DNA of 64,000 nt from Octopus bimaculoides (lineage: Eukaryota), in the NCBI RefSeq assembly GCF_001194135.2, contig NC_068984.1, positions 134,225,073-134,289,072 of the forward strand, written 5' to 3'. Shown here one piece after another: positions 1 through 12,395 of this stretch (its first letter is position 1; each line of letters opens with the position of its first letter). The position numbers were made by a program, and so were the translations under genes. The notes beneath the pieces are model-generated. The model did not search any database and had not been told where the DNA came from. It saw only the letters and a list, made by a program, of their open reading frames with translations.

Positions 1-755
1 GACATTGCATAACCCAAAAAATGAAATATTATTTGTGATATTTAATCATACTCAAAAGAAAATATATCTATGAGAAGTTTTACACCAGTAAGAATTGAAT
101 GAATTTGTTGTTATGTATTGCAATTTAGGGAATAAAATGAATTGGAAAAAATGAATGGAGAATGTTGTCCATTATAATTATAAAATTTCATGTTTGAGGA
201 GAGACACAAAACTAACATAACAAAAGATACTTTTTGAGTTTCGAATATTAATTAGCATGTGGAAAATGAAAACAATATTAGTTTGAGAATATAACCTTCT
301 CTGAGGATAAATGGAGAAATAATCCACAAATAAAATGGACAATGTCTTGAGGAAGATGTTAAGATAAATCCTAGCACCAACCAAGCATGCATAAAAATAT
401 ATTTAGATGCAAGCATGCCTGAAATATATTAAGTGTAGTCAAACACACACACACACATACACACTCACACAATAACAGATATACATATGTACAATTGCAG
501 GCACAAATATATGCATATATGTATATTTACATATACTTATTCAGATATGTAAAGAAGCTATATATTTATATGCATAAAATGTATGTGTACAAAATTAATA
601 TACAAGTAAAATATATACATTTGTCTTATATACAATTTTCAGCTTATTAAAAAGAGCTTTTTGATGTAGGAATCAAGGAATAAAGTTACACATCAAATTA
701 ATGGAAAAATGAAGAATATTCATTAGTGATATTTTGATCAAGGATCTTATATTAC

Positions 756-764
756 CTGATGTTG
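756..764 (-). CDS. NRXN: Candidate 9-nt neurexin microexon (CAACATCAG) downstream of LNS6
   Basis: Minus strand reads ...tttttcatttcaacttatattttacag|CAACATCAG|gtaata. It has a long pyrimidine tract and a CAG|gtaat donor. The upstream exon ends in phase 2 (GTG AA|), giving AA|C AAC ATC AG| (N-N-I-x) with no stop and frame preserved. Confidence 0.5.
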
Positions 765-860
765 CTGTAAAATATAAGTTGAAATGAAAAAAAGTACAAT
801 ATATAATCGATATATAATCAGTGACTGAACTTCCTTGAAGGTTCAAAATAGATTTTCTTT

Positions 861-861
<1 letters not shown>

Positions 862-897
<36 letters not shown>
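862..897. repeat. Poly-T (poly-A on minus) tract
   Basis: Run of about 36 T. Confidence 0.95.
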
Positions 898-898
<1 letters not shown>

Positions 899-1265
899 GT
901 AATCAAAGTCACCATATTTTAGAGTATTTGTTTAAGATAAGATTTAGCTTTGTGTTATTGCTCACCTTCAGAAAATTAACCTTTTCAGTAGCTTGACAAG
1001 AACTTGTACATCATTTTTTAGATTTTCTTTTATGCATGATATGGTTTTTAAAAAGTCTATTACCTGATTTTATAATGTACAAGAGAGATTATTATCTTCT
1101 CCGTTGCTTTCAAAATATTTTAGATCCTGATGCATAATTAAACAGATACTTTGGATAATTTCTTATGACTCATTATGATATGTCATGTGCTGTTGTAATA
1201 TGAAATTAAGCATTTAAAATATACAATAATGAACAGAAAGGGTGATTTATAATTAGTTGACATAC

Positions 1266-1353
1266 TTCACCAATTTTACATTCCCTTCTATGGATATTCT
1301 GGAGTTGTTGGCAGCAGCCATGTCAAGAACTTTGAGTCCATTAAAGACTAAAC
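1266..1353 (-). CDS. NRXN: Neurexin coding exon, C-terminal part of LNS6 (88 nt, phase 1 to phase 2)
   Basis: tatttaatttcag|GT TTA GTC TTT AAT GGA CTC AAA GTT CTT GAC ATG ... GTA AAA TTG GTG AA|gtatgt translates to [29 protein letters not shown]. This closely resembles vertebrate neurexin [29 protein letters not shown], with the same number of residues. Confidence 0.95.
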
Positions 1354-2599
1354 CTGAAATTAAATACAGATGAATCACTTAGAATAATCCATGATAAATA
1401 AGAAATGTTAAAGATATTAAGTATAATGGACAAATGAAATGATTTCATAAAATTCAGTTTAGTGTAGAACAATGATCTAGCTAAGGAGTACAAATCTATG
1501 TTAGGTCTGATGTATTTTCTAATTATCTTATACTATTGCAGATTATGTTAAAGAAAGGAAGAAGTAACTTTAGAGAAAACATAATTTTTGATTTGTATTC
1601 TAGAAAAAAAAGTGTTAAATTCTAAGTTCAATGGTTCTTTTGAAATTGCAATGTGGGATTGTTAGACAAGCCATTCAGGGTTAATAATTTGCATGAATTT
1701 TCAAAGATCAGAGATTGTTTGTATTGGTTGTTTATACTCTAGGAAGGATCATAAGAGATAGAAATAAAGATTCAATAAGTTGTTTTGATTTAGCAAAATC
1801 TCAGTATCAGAAGCTGTTTTGAAGAAAAACATTAGCTCATGCTTTTCAAAGATGCAATTTTATTGTTGATCTAGGACTAAAGATTAACTTCGATGAATAA
1901 GTGCTGGTAAGCAGATATAGACTGTAAAAACATAAGGTAAAATTAGCTCAATTTAAAATGGGAAAATAATTCAAATTCACCAGAAATTCAACATCAAGAC
2001 TTCTGAATGAGTAAAGATGAGAAATGAATTCTTAAAATGATAACATTGTTAAGTGAAAAGAAAAACTAAACTACAAGATAAAACCAATAAATGTTCTCAT
2101 TTACAAAACTTTTGTAGAGAGGGTTGTAATTTGTTACATTAGCTTTTTGTTTGTTTCAGTTTAAGTTTCCTTGTCAGTTAAGTTGTTTTTCAGTTTAAGT
2201 TATTCTTTTAAGTAGCATGAGTCGGACAGATCCTTTGCAGCAGTATTTTACAACCTCCCCTTTGCCAACACTTCTAGATACAGTGGTAAAGATTTTCTAG
2301 ATACTAATGGTAAGGATTTTCTTTTAGTCATGAGCAACTGTTTCCATATCAATACACTGGTAACATTTATATGTTTTGACACTCTAAAATAGATTAATTG
2401 CACCACAAAACAATTTCACTGTTATCCCATTCACTAGTAATTTAAGAAATTATCATTTTGTACCTTGAGGAACACTTGGAAAATATTGTCATTCCACATA
2501 CAAAAAGAAATCTCATGTCCTTGGCATTGCCTATAATATTACTATGAACTTTATTAAAAAGAAAAGAAACATTAAATGACTCAGAATAAATTGATGACT

Positions 2600-3720
2600 C
2601 AGTATATTGAGATATTCACTTCTACGATACCTCCTAAAAGTGCAATGATCTTTCTCTCACAAAACAACCAAGAATTATGGGTTACTCCTAAATGTTAAGC
2701 AACCTACTTATCTATTATTCTAACAATTATTCCAGAAACAAATAATATACAAAGGAATTCATTCACTTAAGTATTAAAACCTCCTTCACTAAAAACTATT
2801 TATTTACAACCAAATGTGACACATTAAAAGATATAATGTTTGCACCATTACACTTAACATCAGCAAAATTGCAGATCATGTTTAGGATAAAATCTTTCTG
2901 GGTATGCTCTATAACCATCAGTCATTTCTTGGATTGGATACTTTCTCTCATACCTTCCCTTTGCACTATGTGCCAATGGAGCTTACACATATCAACTCTG
3001 GTGTATCTTAAGATCCAGTAACATCTTTCGGATTTAACTATGTTCATTTGTGAACCTGCTCTACTTCTATACACACTTCCATGCAAATGATACTATACTT
3101 CAATCTTTCTTAACTTTACACCCACAAGCATCATTCACACATGACCTAAACACCCAACACCATACACTCACAAGTAAAACAATTAATAGAATCATGACAA
3201 CTTTATCTCTTTTAACAGCATGGATATTCATTCACAATACATATCAAAGGAAAAAGTCTTATATATCAGACCTTATAAGCATGAATAATGCGCATAGTAC
3301 ACATACAAATACTAGGCTTTGTATCTGATGATCTTCCATGTTAATACCGTATGAATAACATTATCAAAACTGCATTACAAAGACTAGGATTCTTCTTTAG
3401 AATCCCAGAATCCTTGACAAGTTAACCATCTATAAAGTTCAAATAAAATCCATGCTAGTGTACTATTCACATCTATGGGATGTTGTTGCTACACATCGGT
3501 CTGGGAACCCTACAAGTGTCATGAACACTGTTCTTTCTCTTTTGATTAACTTATAAAAGCAAAACACTTGCTAAGAAGCACAAATTTCACACTGGGTTGT
3601 TAACCATTAGTAATAATTGGGATACAAACTCATCAATAAAGTTTGCCCTGAAAGGAGCCTATTCAATGTGCTATAAATAGCCTGCCAATACCCTACAGAT
3701 CACAACCTGCTATTTTCAGA
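2600..3720 (+). mobile_element. Degenerate CR1/L2-group LINE reverse-transcriptase remnant
   Basis: HFHANDTIL (ORF 3050-3328) resembles a decayed YADDT RT motif. LYKVQIKSMLVYYSHLWD (~3440-3490) resembles the CR1-type LYKxxIRPxMEYCSxVW. Many stops and frameshifts. Ends approximate. Confidence 0.6.
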
Positions 3721-4862
3721 AGAGAAATACATATTAAGCAATGTAATCTGAAACATGTTTTAAAAAGCAACAAAAGATGGATGGCCTTGGCTAGAATGCT
3801 TTTGATCTAAGATCTATTTAATCAGAGCCAACATGTGGTTAAACAACAATCATATTATTTATCACACAGATGTTACCAGTATCTCTGAACATGTCTTAAA
3901 CACACTGGATAAAAAAGCAGATGGAATATACTATAATTTCATATAGCCATGGTCTCTGAACAGACTGTGGTATATCAATGCTCTTTAAAATGAGACACAG
4001 TGGCAGAAACAATTGGAACAATTTCTTTTAAAATCAGAAACAATATTATTCTCAAAAGGAAACAAAAAAAAAAAAGAAATTCTAGGCTATTATATTAGTT
4101 AATACTTGTCAATTCAGCATGAAATGTTTCATGTATGAAATTCTATTATATCATTGAAATGAATCAGAAAAAAAAGTTATTCTGACAATAGCAGAAGCTG
4201 GAGGAAATTCAGAAAATATATACAATAAAAGAATTTCCTTCGTAGATAAAAGGTAGATAATATAATGTATATGATGAGAAATACTTTCATGTAGTTGTAG
4301 GCTAGGATTAGTAAAAGAAAATGATATTATTTAACTTGAAGGAAATAAATGGAATAACTTCACTAAATCCAAAATCTGATTACGATGTACCATTCACAGA
4401 AGAAGCTGTAGGTAGTGATAAGTTATACTTAGAATAAATGTGAAGAAAAGGGAGAAATTCTATGATCACAAGTTTTGTAGAGTTGACTTTCAGACAAAGG
4501 AGACTTAAGGTGGAATAGAACTAGTTAAAAGACCCAGACAAATAAAGAAACTAATAAAATTTAGATTGAATTTGAAATAGATTCTGACTGAGAAAATGTA
4601 TAACAACATTACCAATGAAACATGAGCAAATGAAAGAATCTCTCAATAGTTGCTTAACCTGCTAGAAATAGCAGCTAGTCTCTCTCAGATCACACTCTAC
4701 CATTTCAGGAAGAACACATTGGATAATGCAGAGCTAAATATATTATGTCTCAAAATAGACAAGAGAGTTACAATTGGATAACATTTAGTTATAATTCTGC
4801 TGCCCAATAAGGGCTACCCTAACCCTAACACAACAGTAATAATGAAACATGTCTGAAAGTAC

Positions 4863-4967
4863 CTGATATTTCTCCACGGTATGCCTTCTGAATCTGTGAG
4901 TCCCAGCTATCTTTCTTTCCACCAATGTATATGTAAGCTTGGTTGTTGAATATACTCATTTGCTCAC
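4863..4967 (-). CDS. NRXN: Neurexin coding exon in LNS6 immediately after the SS4 position (105 nt, phase 1-1)
   Basis: aaattatcttttacag|GT GAG CAA ATG AGT ATA TTC AAC AAC CAA GCT ... GGA GAA ATA TCA G|gtactt translates to GEQMSIFNNQAYIYIGGKKDSWDSQIQKAYRGEIS. It is homologous to vertebrate [29 protein letters not shown] and joins in frame to exon 1353-1266 across a 3509-nt phase-1 intron. Confidence 0.93.
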
Positions 4968-5241
4968 CTGTAAAAGATAATTTAGATAACATGAATGTAA
5001 GAATATGACAAGCTGAATACACAGAATGAGTGAAGATGTAACAATGACTGCTAAATTATAAGTTTGAAATCCAATTTCCAGATTTTACATGAGTTTTTTT
5101 ACTTCTGCATCAGATAAAGTTTATATTTATCAGTGATGCTTTTGTTTCCTTAAGAGTTGTTTCCATATATGAAATCATTTTTGATATGCCTATTATTCAT
5201 TACTGTAATAAGTAATGAATTTTAATATAGTGAATCGATAT

Positions 5242-5361
5242 CATCATTATCATCATCATCATCATCATCATCATCGTTTAACGTCCGCTTTCCATGCTAG
5301 CATGGGTTGGACGATTTGACTGAGGACTGGTGAAACCAGATGGCTACATCAGGCTCCAATC
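5242..5361 (-). mobile_element. SINE/LINE 3' fragment with (GAT)n tail, relatively young copy
   Basis: (ATC)n followed by gtttaacgtccgctttccatgctagcatgggttggacg. Related 3' tails occur at 38730-38770 and 44920-44945. CpGs are retained. Confidence 0.75.
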
Positions 5362-6060
5362 AGTATTATTGATAAGTATTCTTGTTAAAAATATTATTGT
5401 AACAATTTTAAAATGCTTTAATGTTCTAATTCTAGTCCAAGATTTTTTCCTTAGCACTAGTAAATTATTTTAGTAAATTTGTTAGTATGAGTTGAATTAG
5501 AGGGGTGAGAAATAGTGATGAGCAGTGAAAGATCTTAACACCAAAGGATATGTTGCATTAGTTATAAGCTAAATAATTCATCGTTGTAGGCAAAGTACAG
5601 ATTTTAAGTACACTGAATTCTGTATAATATTGATGCTATATATGACAGTCTTACTGCAAAAAGGGGATTAAAAATGAGAATCATATAGTTTCTCACCAAA
5701 TCAATACTCTCTTTTAATTCTCTTGATTTGATAGTTTTGCATAAGGTTAAATTGAAATCTATGAATTTCAGTATTGCATGACTTAAGCTTAGAGATTTGG
5801 CACATTCATTTACTCTAAAGATTAGTTCATGAATCTTTGGATCACACAGTTTTCAAAGCATTCTTATTCCAAAGCAACATATAAAATTAGATTCAACAAA
5901 TATGGAACGCCTCAACTATATTTTTAATAAAGAGTTTGGTTATCACTGCAAAAATTATAAATTGTTAATTTTCTAATTCTGTTCTCTAAATTATTTCACA
6001 ATGAATATTTTGATTCCCTATTATATAGCAGGTTGTTATCTTTTATCATAACAGGCAAAC

Positions 6061-6215
6061 GCAGAGTGGTGGATTAGAAGAATCAGTAGCATGGCCTGAG
6101 TTCAAGTCTTCCCGAGATCAACTTTACTCATCATCTTCCCAGGGTCAATAAAATAAAGTATCAGTCAAGCTGACTAAGCTCTAATGCCTATGTTAGAAAC
6201 AATTATATTAAGCTT
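6061..6215 (+). mobile_element. SINE (abundant family, degenerate)
   Basis: gagttcaagtcttcccgagatcaactttactcatcatcttcccagggtcaataaaataaagtatcag matches the family core seen at 13935, 19090, 27120 and 41780. Confidence 0.6.
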
Positions 6216-8304
6216 GTTATTTACCCCTTAGTTGCCTCAGCTACTTCCTTTTAGGATATCCATCATTATCTACCATATATGTTCTATCAAACAATACCCA
6301 AGTATTTTATTTTTCTCTAAATTAAAGGATAATATTTATTGTTACAAATACTCTTGGGCAAATTCAGAAAAAAACCAAAAACCAAAACAAAACAAAAATG
6401 TAAACAAACCAAACACTTTTAAAATTGAAAGCAAAATAATTTGATTGTTTTATGATAATGCAAATAACTTATAATGAATTAAAATTCTCATGTTGAAATT
6501 AAATTAAGATTAATATTCAAATAATGAATTTAATAACAGGCCTTACTATTCATTGAAAGTAACAGCTGTTATTAGAACATGACAATAACATCAAAGGTTT
6601 TACATGTTGTAAAACTGGAACCTAATACTGTAGAAATTTCTTTAGGATAATCCAAACGCAATGCTTCCTCTAAACTGAAATCCTAGCTAGATTAAAACAA
6701 CAACAACAACCCTTTATTTTGATACAAGTAATACAAAATGTATACTCTGAGAACTAAGATTCTAAAATCCAGGTAATAAACACACACACAAAATCACATA
6801 CAAGCACACACACAAAAACACACACACTTATACACACAGACAAGCAGATGCATGTGTGTGCACACACATACACCCACACCTACTCACACACACCCTCACA
6901 CACCCACACCCACAATTAGACCTGTAGAATCCCATAAGGAATCAATCTTAGTTAAAAACATGGAATATGCTATTTAGAACACTGAAATTTGTTTATTTAA
7001 GATTTTTATAGACAACTTCCTTTTATTATTCATGAAAAAATTAATTTTATGTCATAAAAATCTAAGGATTAAAATTCTCAGTACATATAAATGTTTTGAA
7101 GTTATTTTTAATGCATTCTGTTCAGAAAGACAGGAGAACTAAAGGGAAAGGAGAAGAAAATTGATTTAATACTCCAAAGAATAATAATATAACAACTAGA
7201 GAAAATCAATATATCTCTATTCTGGGGTTAGATTTTCACTTCAAAATAAAGCATACATATAGAAGTAGCCATTTATGTATGTCCAGCATTGTGTGTGCTG
7301 ATATATACATTTTCACACATGTGTACTTATAACAGGTTCTATTTATAACAAAATCTGTCAAACAGAACATTCATTTTATAAGTTAACTTATCCTATCAGT
7401 GTATATATGATATGTATACTTACAATAAGTGAAAGTATATCCAAGCAACAGTAAATTTTTAAATCCATATTTTGATTTGCATTTGTTAACAAGTTGTTAT
7501 ATAATGTTTGTGTAGAAAAGAAACTGTTAAAACTAAGTTCAAGCATATGTTTCTCTGTGTTTAATAATTTTTCTGTTTAAAAATGAAGCACCTCTAAACA
7601 TCTTCTGGAGAATTTGAAGAACACCTCAGGGTGGAAAAAATTGCTTACATATTTACTCTACCCATATACTTGATTAACTTGTATACTTGAATACAGCCAA
7701 AGAAAGCTGTCTAAATGATGTACTAATAAATACTTCTGAAAAATTAAAAACACTGTCAAACTGCATCTTTTATAACTGTTGTTATAACAGTTAGAAAAGA
7801 TGTAATGTCATCATTTAAGTTTATTTAATTTATTCTTTGTTCCTATTATCATTATTATTGTCTCTCCTTTCAAATATTCTGTTGAATATATTGACTATTC
7901 TTTTCAGATGCCTCTCTCCCAAACTATTAAGTACCAATTGTGCAATTTAAATAAAAACTTCACTAACTCATTTCTAGTATAAAAGAACATGCAAAAAGGC
8001 ACTATAATCACTTTCTTTTTGACTCAGATCTCAAGAAACTTAAAAATTTAACACTTCTAAGACAAATTCCCCTAACATAAGTTGCTTGTGGATAAGATGG
8101 AAAATATGGTATCTTATCCAAGAACAACTTGGATATATGCATACATACACACACACACACACACAAACATACATACATACATACATACATACAGACAGAC
8201 AGACATAAATGAATATATAAAATGGTGAATTTGAATGACATTTAAAATTTACGACAACTGTTTTGCTAAAGTTTTATTCAAGGTAGTCATAAAAGATTAC
8301 ATCA

Positions 8305-8380
8305 TAATATACAATCCACCATCATCAGGTAAAATTTTGAACAGGTAAGATTTTACTTGATGATGGTGGATTGTATATTA
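8305..8380. repeat. Inverted repeat: 31-bp arms with one mismatch and a 14-nt loop
   Basis: 8305-8335 taatatacaatccaccatcatcaggtaaaat is the reverse complement of 8350-8380 except at 8328/8357. Confidence 0.95.
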
Positions 8381-8652
8381 AATAAAATTCTACTGAAACA
8401 GATATCTTAAATTTTAAACACCATGCATGTTTACTATTTTAAACCTATGCCACACCAAGGATTCACTGGATAAATGGATCAATGGTTACAAATTGGATTT
8501 GGTACTTGTACATCTATGGTATTCTGCCAGCGATTGAAGTCTATGATATTGTTTTATTTCACTGTGGCCTCTATGTGTTTGTACCTAGCCATTTTCTGGC
8601 ATCTTTCATGCTGTTGTATTTTGATTCTTAAAGAATCCCTATAGCTAAATTT

Positions 8653-8654
<2 letters not shown>

Positions 8655-8728
<74 letters not shown>
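8655..8728. repeat. (TCTA)n microsatellite
   Basis: Direct tandem tetranucleotide array. Confidence 0.95.
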
Positions 8729-8731
<3 letters not shown>

Positions 8732-8862
8732 CTCCACACACACACACATTTGTTCATTGTTAATAAATATATTAATAAACCCACAAGATATGATACAAAC
8801 AGTGTACACATGTAGAAAACAAAACTTTTCTTCCCAAATGAATATCTGTGAACACACATACA

Positions 8863-9060
8863 TATGAGGATGTGCTGAAAAGTTCCTGGCTTTGGGCAAA
8901 AGAAAATACAGGGGGATAGGTTAATTATTATTTTATTCAACATATTCCCCTCTCAGATTCACACACTTATTGCAGCGGTCCTCAATTTTTCTAAGCCCCA
9001 TAAAAGAACTCAGAAAGTTGGGCCTCCAACCAGACCCTTCGTGATACCCTTAAAGCACCC
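8863..9060. mobile_element. Mariner-type non-autonomous element end
   Basis: Begins TA-tgaggatgtgctgaaaagttcctggct, resembling a mariner TIR (TAcgagggt..ctgaaaagt). The partner TIR was not located. Confidence 0.55.
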
Positions 9061-9434
9061 CACCATATGCATATATTCATCTTTATATTATACCTTATAT
9101 AAGATGTAAAAAATCTGGAAACTATAACAACCAGACTTATAGGTTATGGTTTGAAATGTTAGAGTAAGAAGTGATTTTTGTAATATGAGCAGGTACACTA
9201 TTTTACACTAATCTAATCAGTTTAACATGAAAATAAATACAACTCTTACTTTAAGGTTAACTAATTGGTGTTACAAAAAGTTATCTAGGTATGAAATACT
9301 GCATGGACATCTGATGTACATGTTCATGTTTGCTGAAATTTATACACAAAATATAGCATGAAATTTATACCAGTAATGAAATTTTAATTAGGATTTGTTG
9401 AAGTAAAATACAAGTGTTTTTTTCACTCTACCTC

Positions 9435-9477
<43 letters not shown>

Positions 9478-10379
9478 CACACAAACACACAAAAATTGTT
9501 TAGAAGGTTTATTTTAGAATTATTTAATGTTAAAACATATTTGTGGAAAAAAAAATGCCTGATAATAAAGCTTTTACGCAAGCAGCTAAGTGCTTTGCTG
9601 AAGGTAGCATAGAACCACTAATAAACAACAAACTGAAAAGGATAACCACTGGTATGAAATAGATATGAAAGTGGACATGAAAGATATTGCAGAAGATAAG
9701 TAACTATGTTCAATATATCAAAATATATTTCATATTTATAACATTCACACACTTTGAATATATTTGGTAATGTAAAGTAGTATTAGTGTTGTAACCTCAT
9801 ATTTACACAAATCTGTTTATACCAGTATGGTTTAAGTGTATAAATATGCTGTTTACATTATCATTATTATGTTTAGGTAATAATCATATCAGGTCATAGG
9901 GCATGTGGCAAGTAGATGGTATACTATAGCAATAATATTTCAAATAAATAAACTAAGCCTGTTATTTACAATAAACTACTTTTATAAACATTTTATGATG
10001 TGTGATTTTTATGATGCACATTGAAAAAGAATCAATATTTTCAGTAAGCCAAACCCACAGACCATAGACCTTGGAGTGTTAATATATGGAATGAATAACT
10101 GAAGGTGTATTATGGTATTTTGTCCAGTAAGTGCATGAGTATAACAAGTATGTATATATAGACAAACCATCATTCACTCATCCCCTAAAACCTCTGATCA
10201 TACATGATATGAAAAATCTTGCAACATTGGTTTCTGTAGTAGTTGGTAATGAGTTACTGACATAATGGCCAGCTATTCACAGTATTCTGGAATAGTAGTT
10301 CATGATTATGGAAAGAGATAAGCAAGGCAGTGGAAGCTACCAAAAATATTATCAATTTTCATATGATTGCTCAGTTGTA

Positions 10380-11300
10380 CTGAAGACTACACCACTCTAT
10401 GAGATTACTCATGGTTAGAGGAACTAGACATTGAGCTAGAGAATTTAAATGACGACTGTGACAAAATAATTAAGCTTAGAAAAGTTATAGGTGACACAGT
10501 ATCAGCACTGATCTCTGCATATGCACTGCAATCAGGTCAGATTGATGAACAAAAGGACAGTTTCTATGAGAACTTCTATGAGAACTGCTTGTAGACTACT
10601 GCAATAAAAACTGATAGTAGCCTCCTTATTATACCTTGATGACTTTAACAAATATATTGGGCAACACCATAATGGTTGTTCTGAGGTATTCTGAGTGAAT
10701 ACATAATGGCTATTCTGAGTGAATGAAGAAGGCTCTTAGAGTTCTCTGATGCAAATGATCATACCATTCGCAATACTAACTTCAGGAAATCAGCCAGCTA
10801 ATCACTCAAGCAAAAATGCAAGCTAAATAGACCTTAAACACATAAGAAAACAGGATAGACAGTTGTGCATACTAAGTCTTTCATCAATGAAGAATGTACT
10901 GCTTAACATTGACTAACACTTGGTGACATCTGAGTAAGAGCTAGTTGGACTTTGAAATGCAAGGTAATCTGGAGAATGAGGGTATAGAAGTTGAAAGATC
11001 CTTCTGTTTAATGCAAGTTCAAATAAATACCAGATAATGTGTATGTCAAAAAGAAGACAATGACCCACAATAAGGAATATAACTAGGATTTCTACAAGAC
11101 AACTTGCTGTAAGTTAAAGATCAGGTCTATGGAGGAACAAGGTTCTAGTAAACTGAAATTAACATGGTAGTGGAATGGTACAATAAACAGAACTATAAAG
11201 CTAGAATACAAGCATGAAAAGAATGCAGGAAAATGAAGGGAGAAGCACAAAATCATGTAACAAGAAGAGAGGCTAGATGTTATGTATAAATAAAAAGGAG
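10380..11300 (+). mobile_element. Degenerate RTE-like LINE, AP-endonuclease region
   Basis: ISAYALQSGQIDEQKDSFYE (~10510-10572) and a decayed GDFNxxIG motif (~10640) are typical LINE endonuclease motifs. Multiple stops. Confidence 0.65.
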
Positions 11301-12363
11301 GAAAGTGAAAGTATAAGATTTGCCAACACACACACACACACACACACACACCAATAGGTAGGGATCACATCAATCGTGGTCATTAGCTCAATAGGATCCA
11401 GCATGAGATTAGCTAATAAGATACTCTGAGGGAAAAATTGATAGATTTGATTTGTTAATTAATCAATTAATAATTACAGAAATACTATTATTTCTAAATC
11501 TCTCTAAAAGAGACTATGGCAACAGTACTGGGTACTAATAGTTATTGCCAAGCTAACATGGCAGTCCATGTTAGCTTGGTGATAACTATTAATGCAATTA
11601 ATAATATTCCTTCTTCTATTACAGAACTGGAACAATTTAGGAAAGATAACAGGCATGCTACAACTCCATAGCATATGCTAAACATACAATAAGGTTGGGA
11701 AAATGGATACGTGCTGTTCAATTGTGCTTACATTTGATTTTTTTCTCCCTTGCTTTTGCTGTTTGAATGTAAGTGCAATCAATTTCTGTTACCTTGGCAG
11801 TTTGGTGGCCTGAGGATGTAGCAGGCATTAGGATGACATAATACACAGGTAATCAATAAAAATTGTCTTGCTACCAAAACATGTGTAGCACAGATTGAAC
11901 TGCCAATGTCTATTCTTTTAACTTTGCATGTATGTATACATGCATACATGCATGTATACATAAATACATACATACATATGTATGTAATACATACATACAT
12001 GCTACTGTCCATTCTAAATTATTCCTCTTGGCTCATTTTTATTTATGCAGATTCCCTAGGTCTTTAACTCTGCTGGAAGCATGAGAGGGCAAGAGCAGTG
12101 CTGATGATGTCTATTGAGGTAGAAACATAGGTACACAACTGTCCTCTTATTCCGAGATTATCAGAATGTTTTATTTCTTAATGGTATGTCAGCTCATAAG
12201 GACTCTTGATTCTTGAGAATTTCTCCCTTTCTCATTTAGAATTGGTTCCATTAGCCACCAGGTTATACCTTCTATGAAAGCAGTTAACTTATTCCTTTTA
12301 GTCAAATACATACTACAGTCCATTCTGAATTATTCTTTTTAGTTTTCGTTTTTACATGCATGA

Positions 12364-12395
<32 letters not shown>

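Noticed and set aside
966-1130. Strong minus-strand donors at ~965 (AAG|gtgagc) and ~1063 (CAG|gtaata), including a 63-nt AG..GT segment
   Set aside because: The 63-nt and 15-nt versions have stops in the required phase-2 frame, and the 26-nt and 37-nt versions shift the frame
7640-7745. Segment with a tttttcag acceptor and gtaagc donor
   Set aside because: Stops in all three frames
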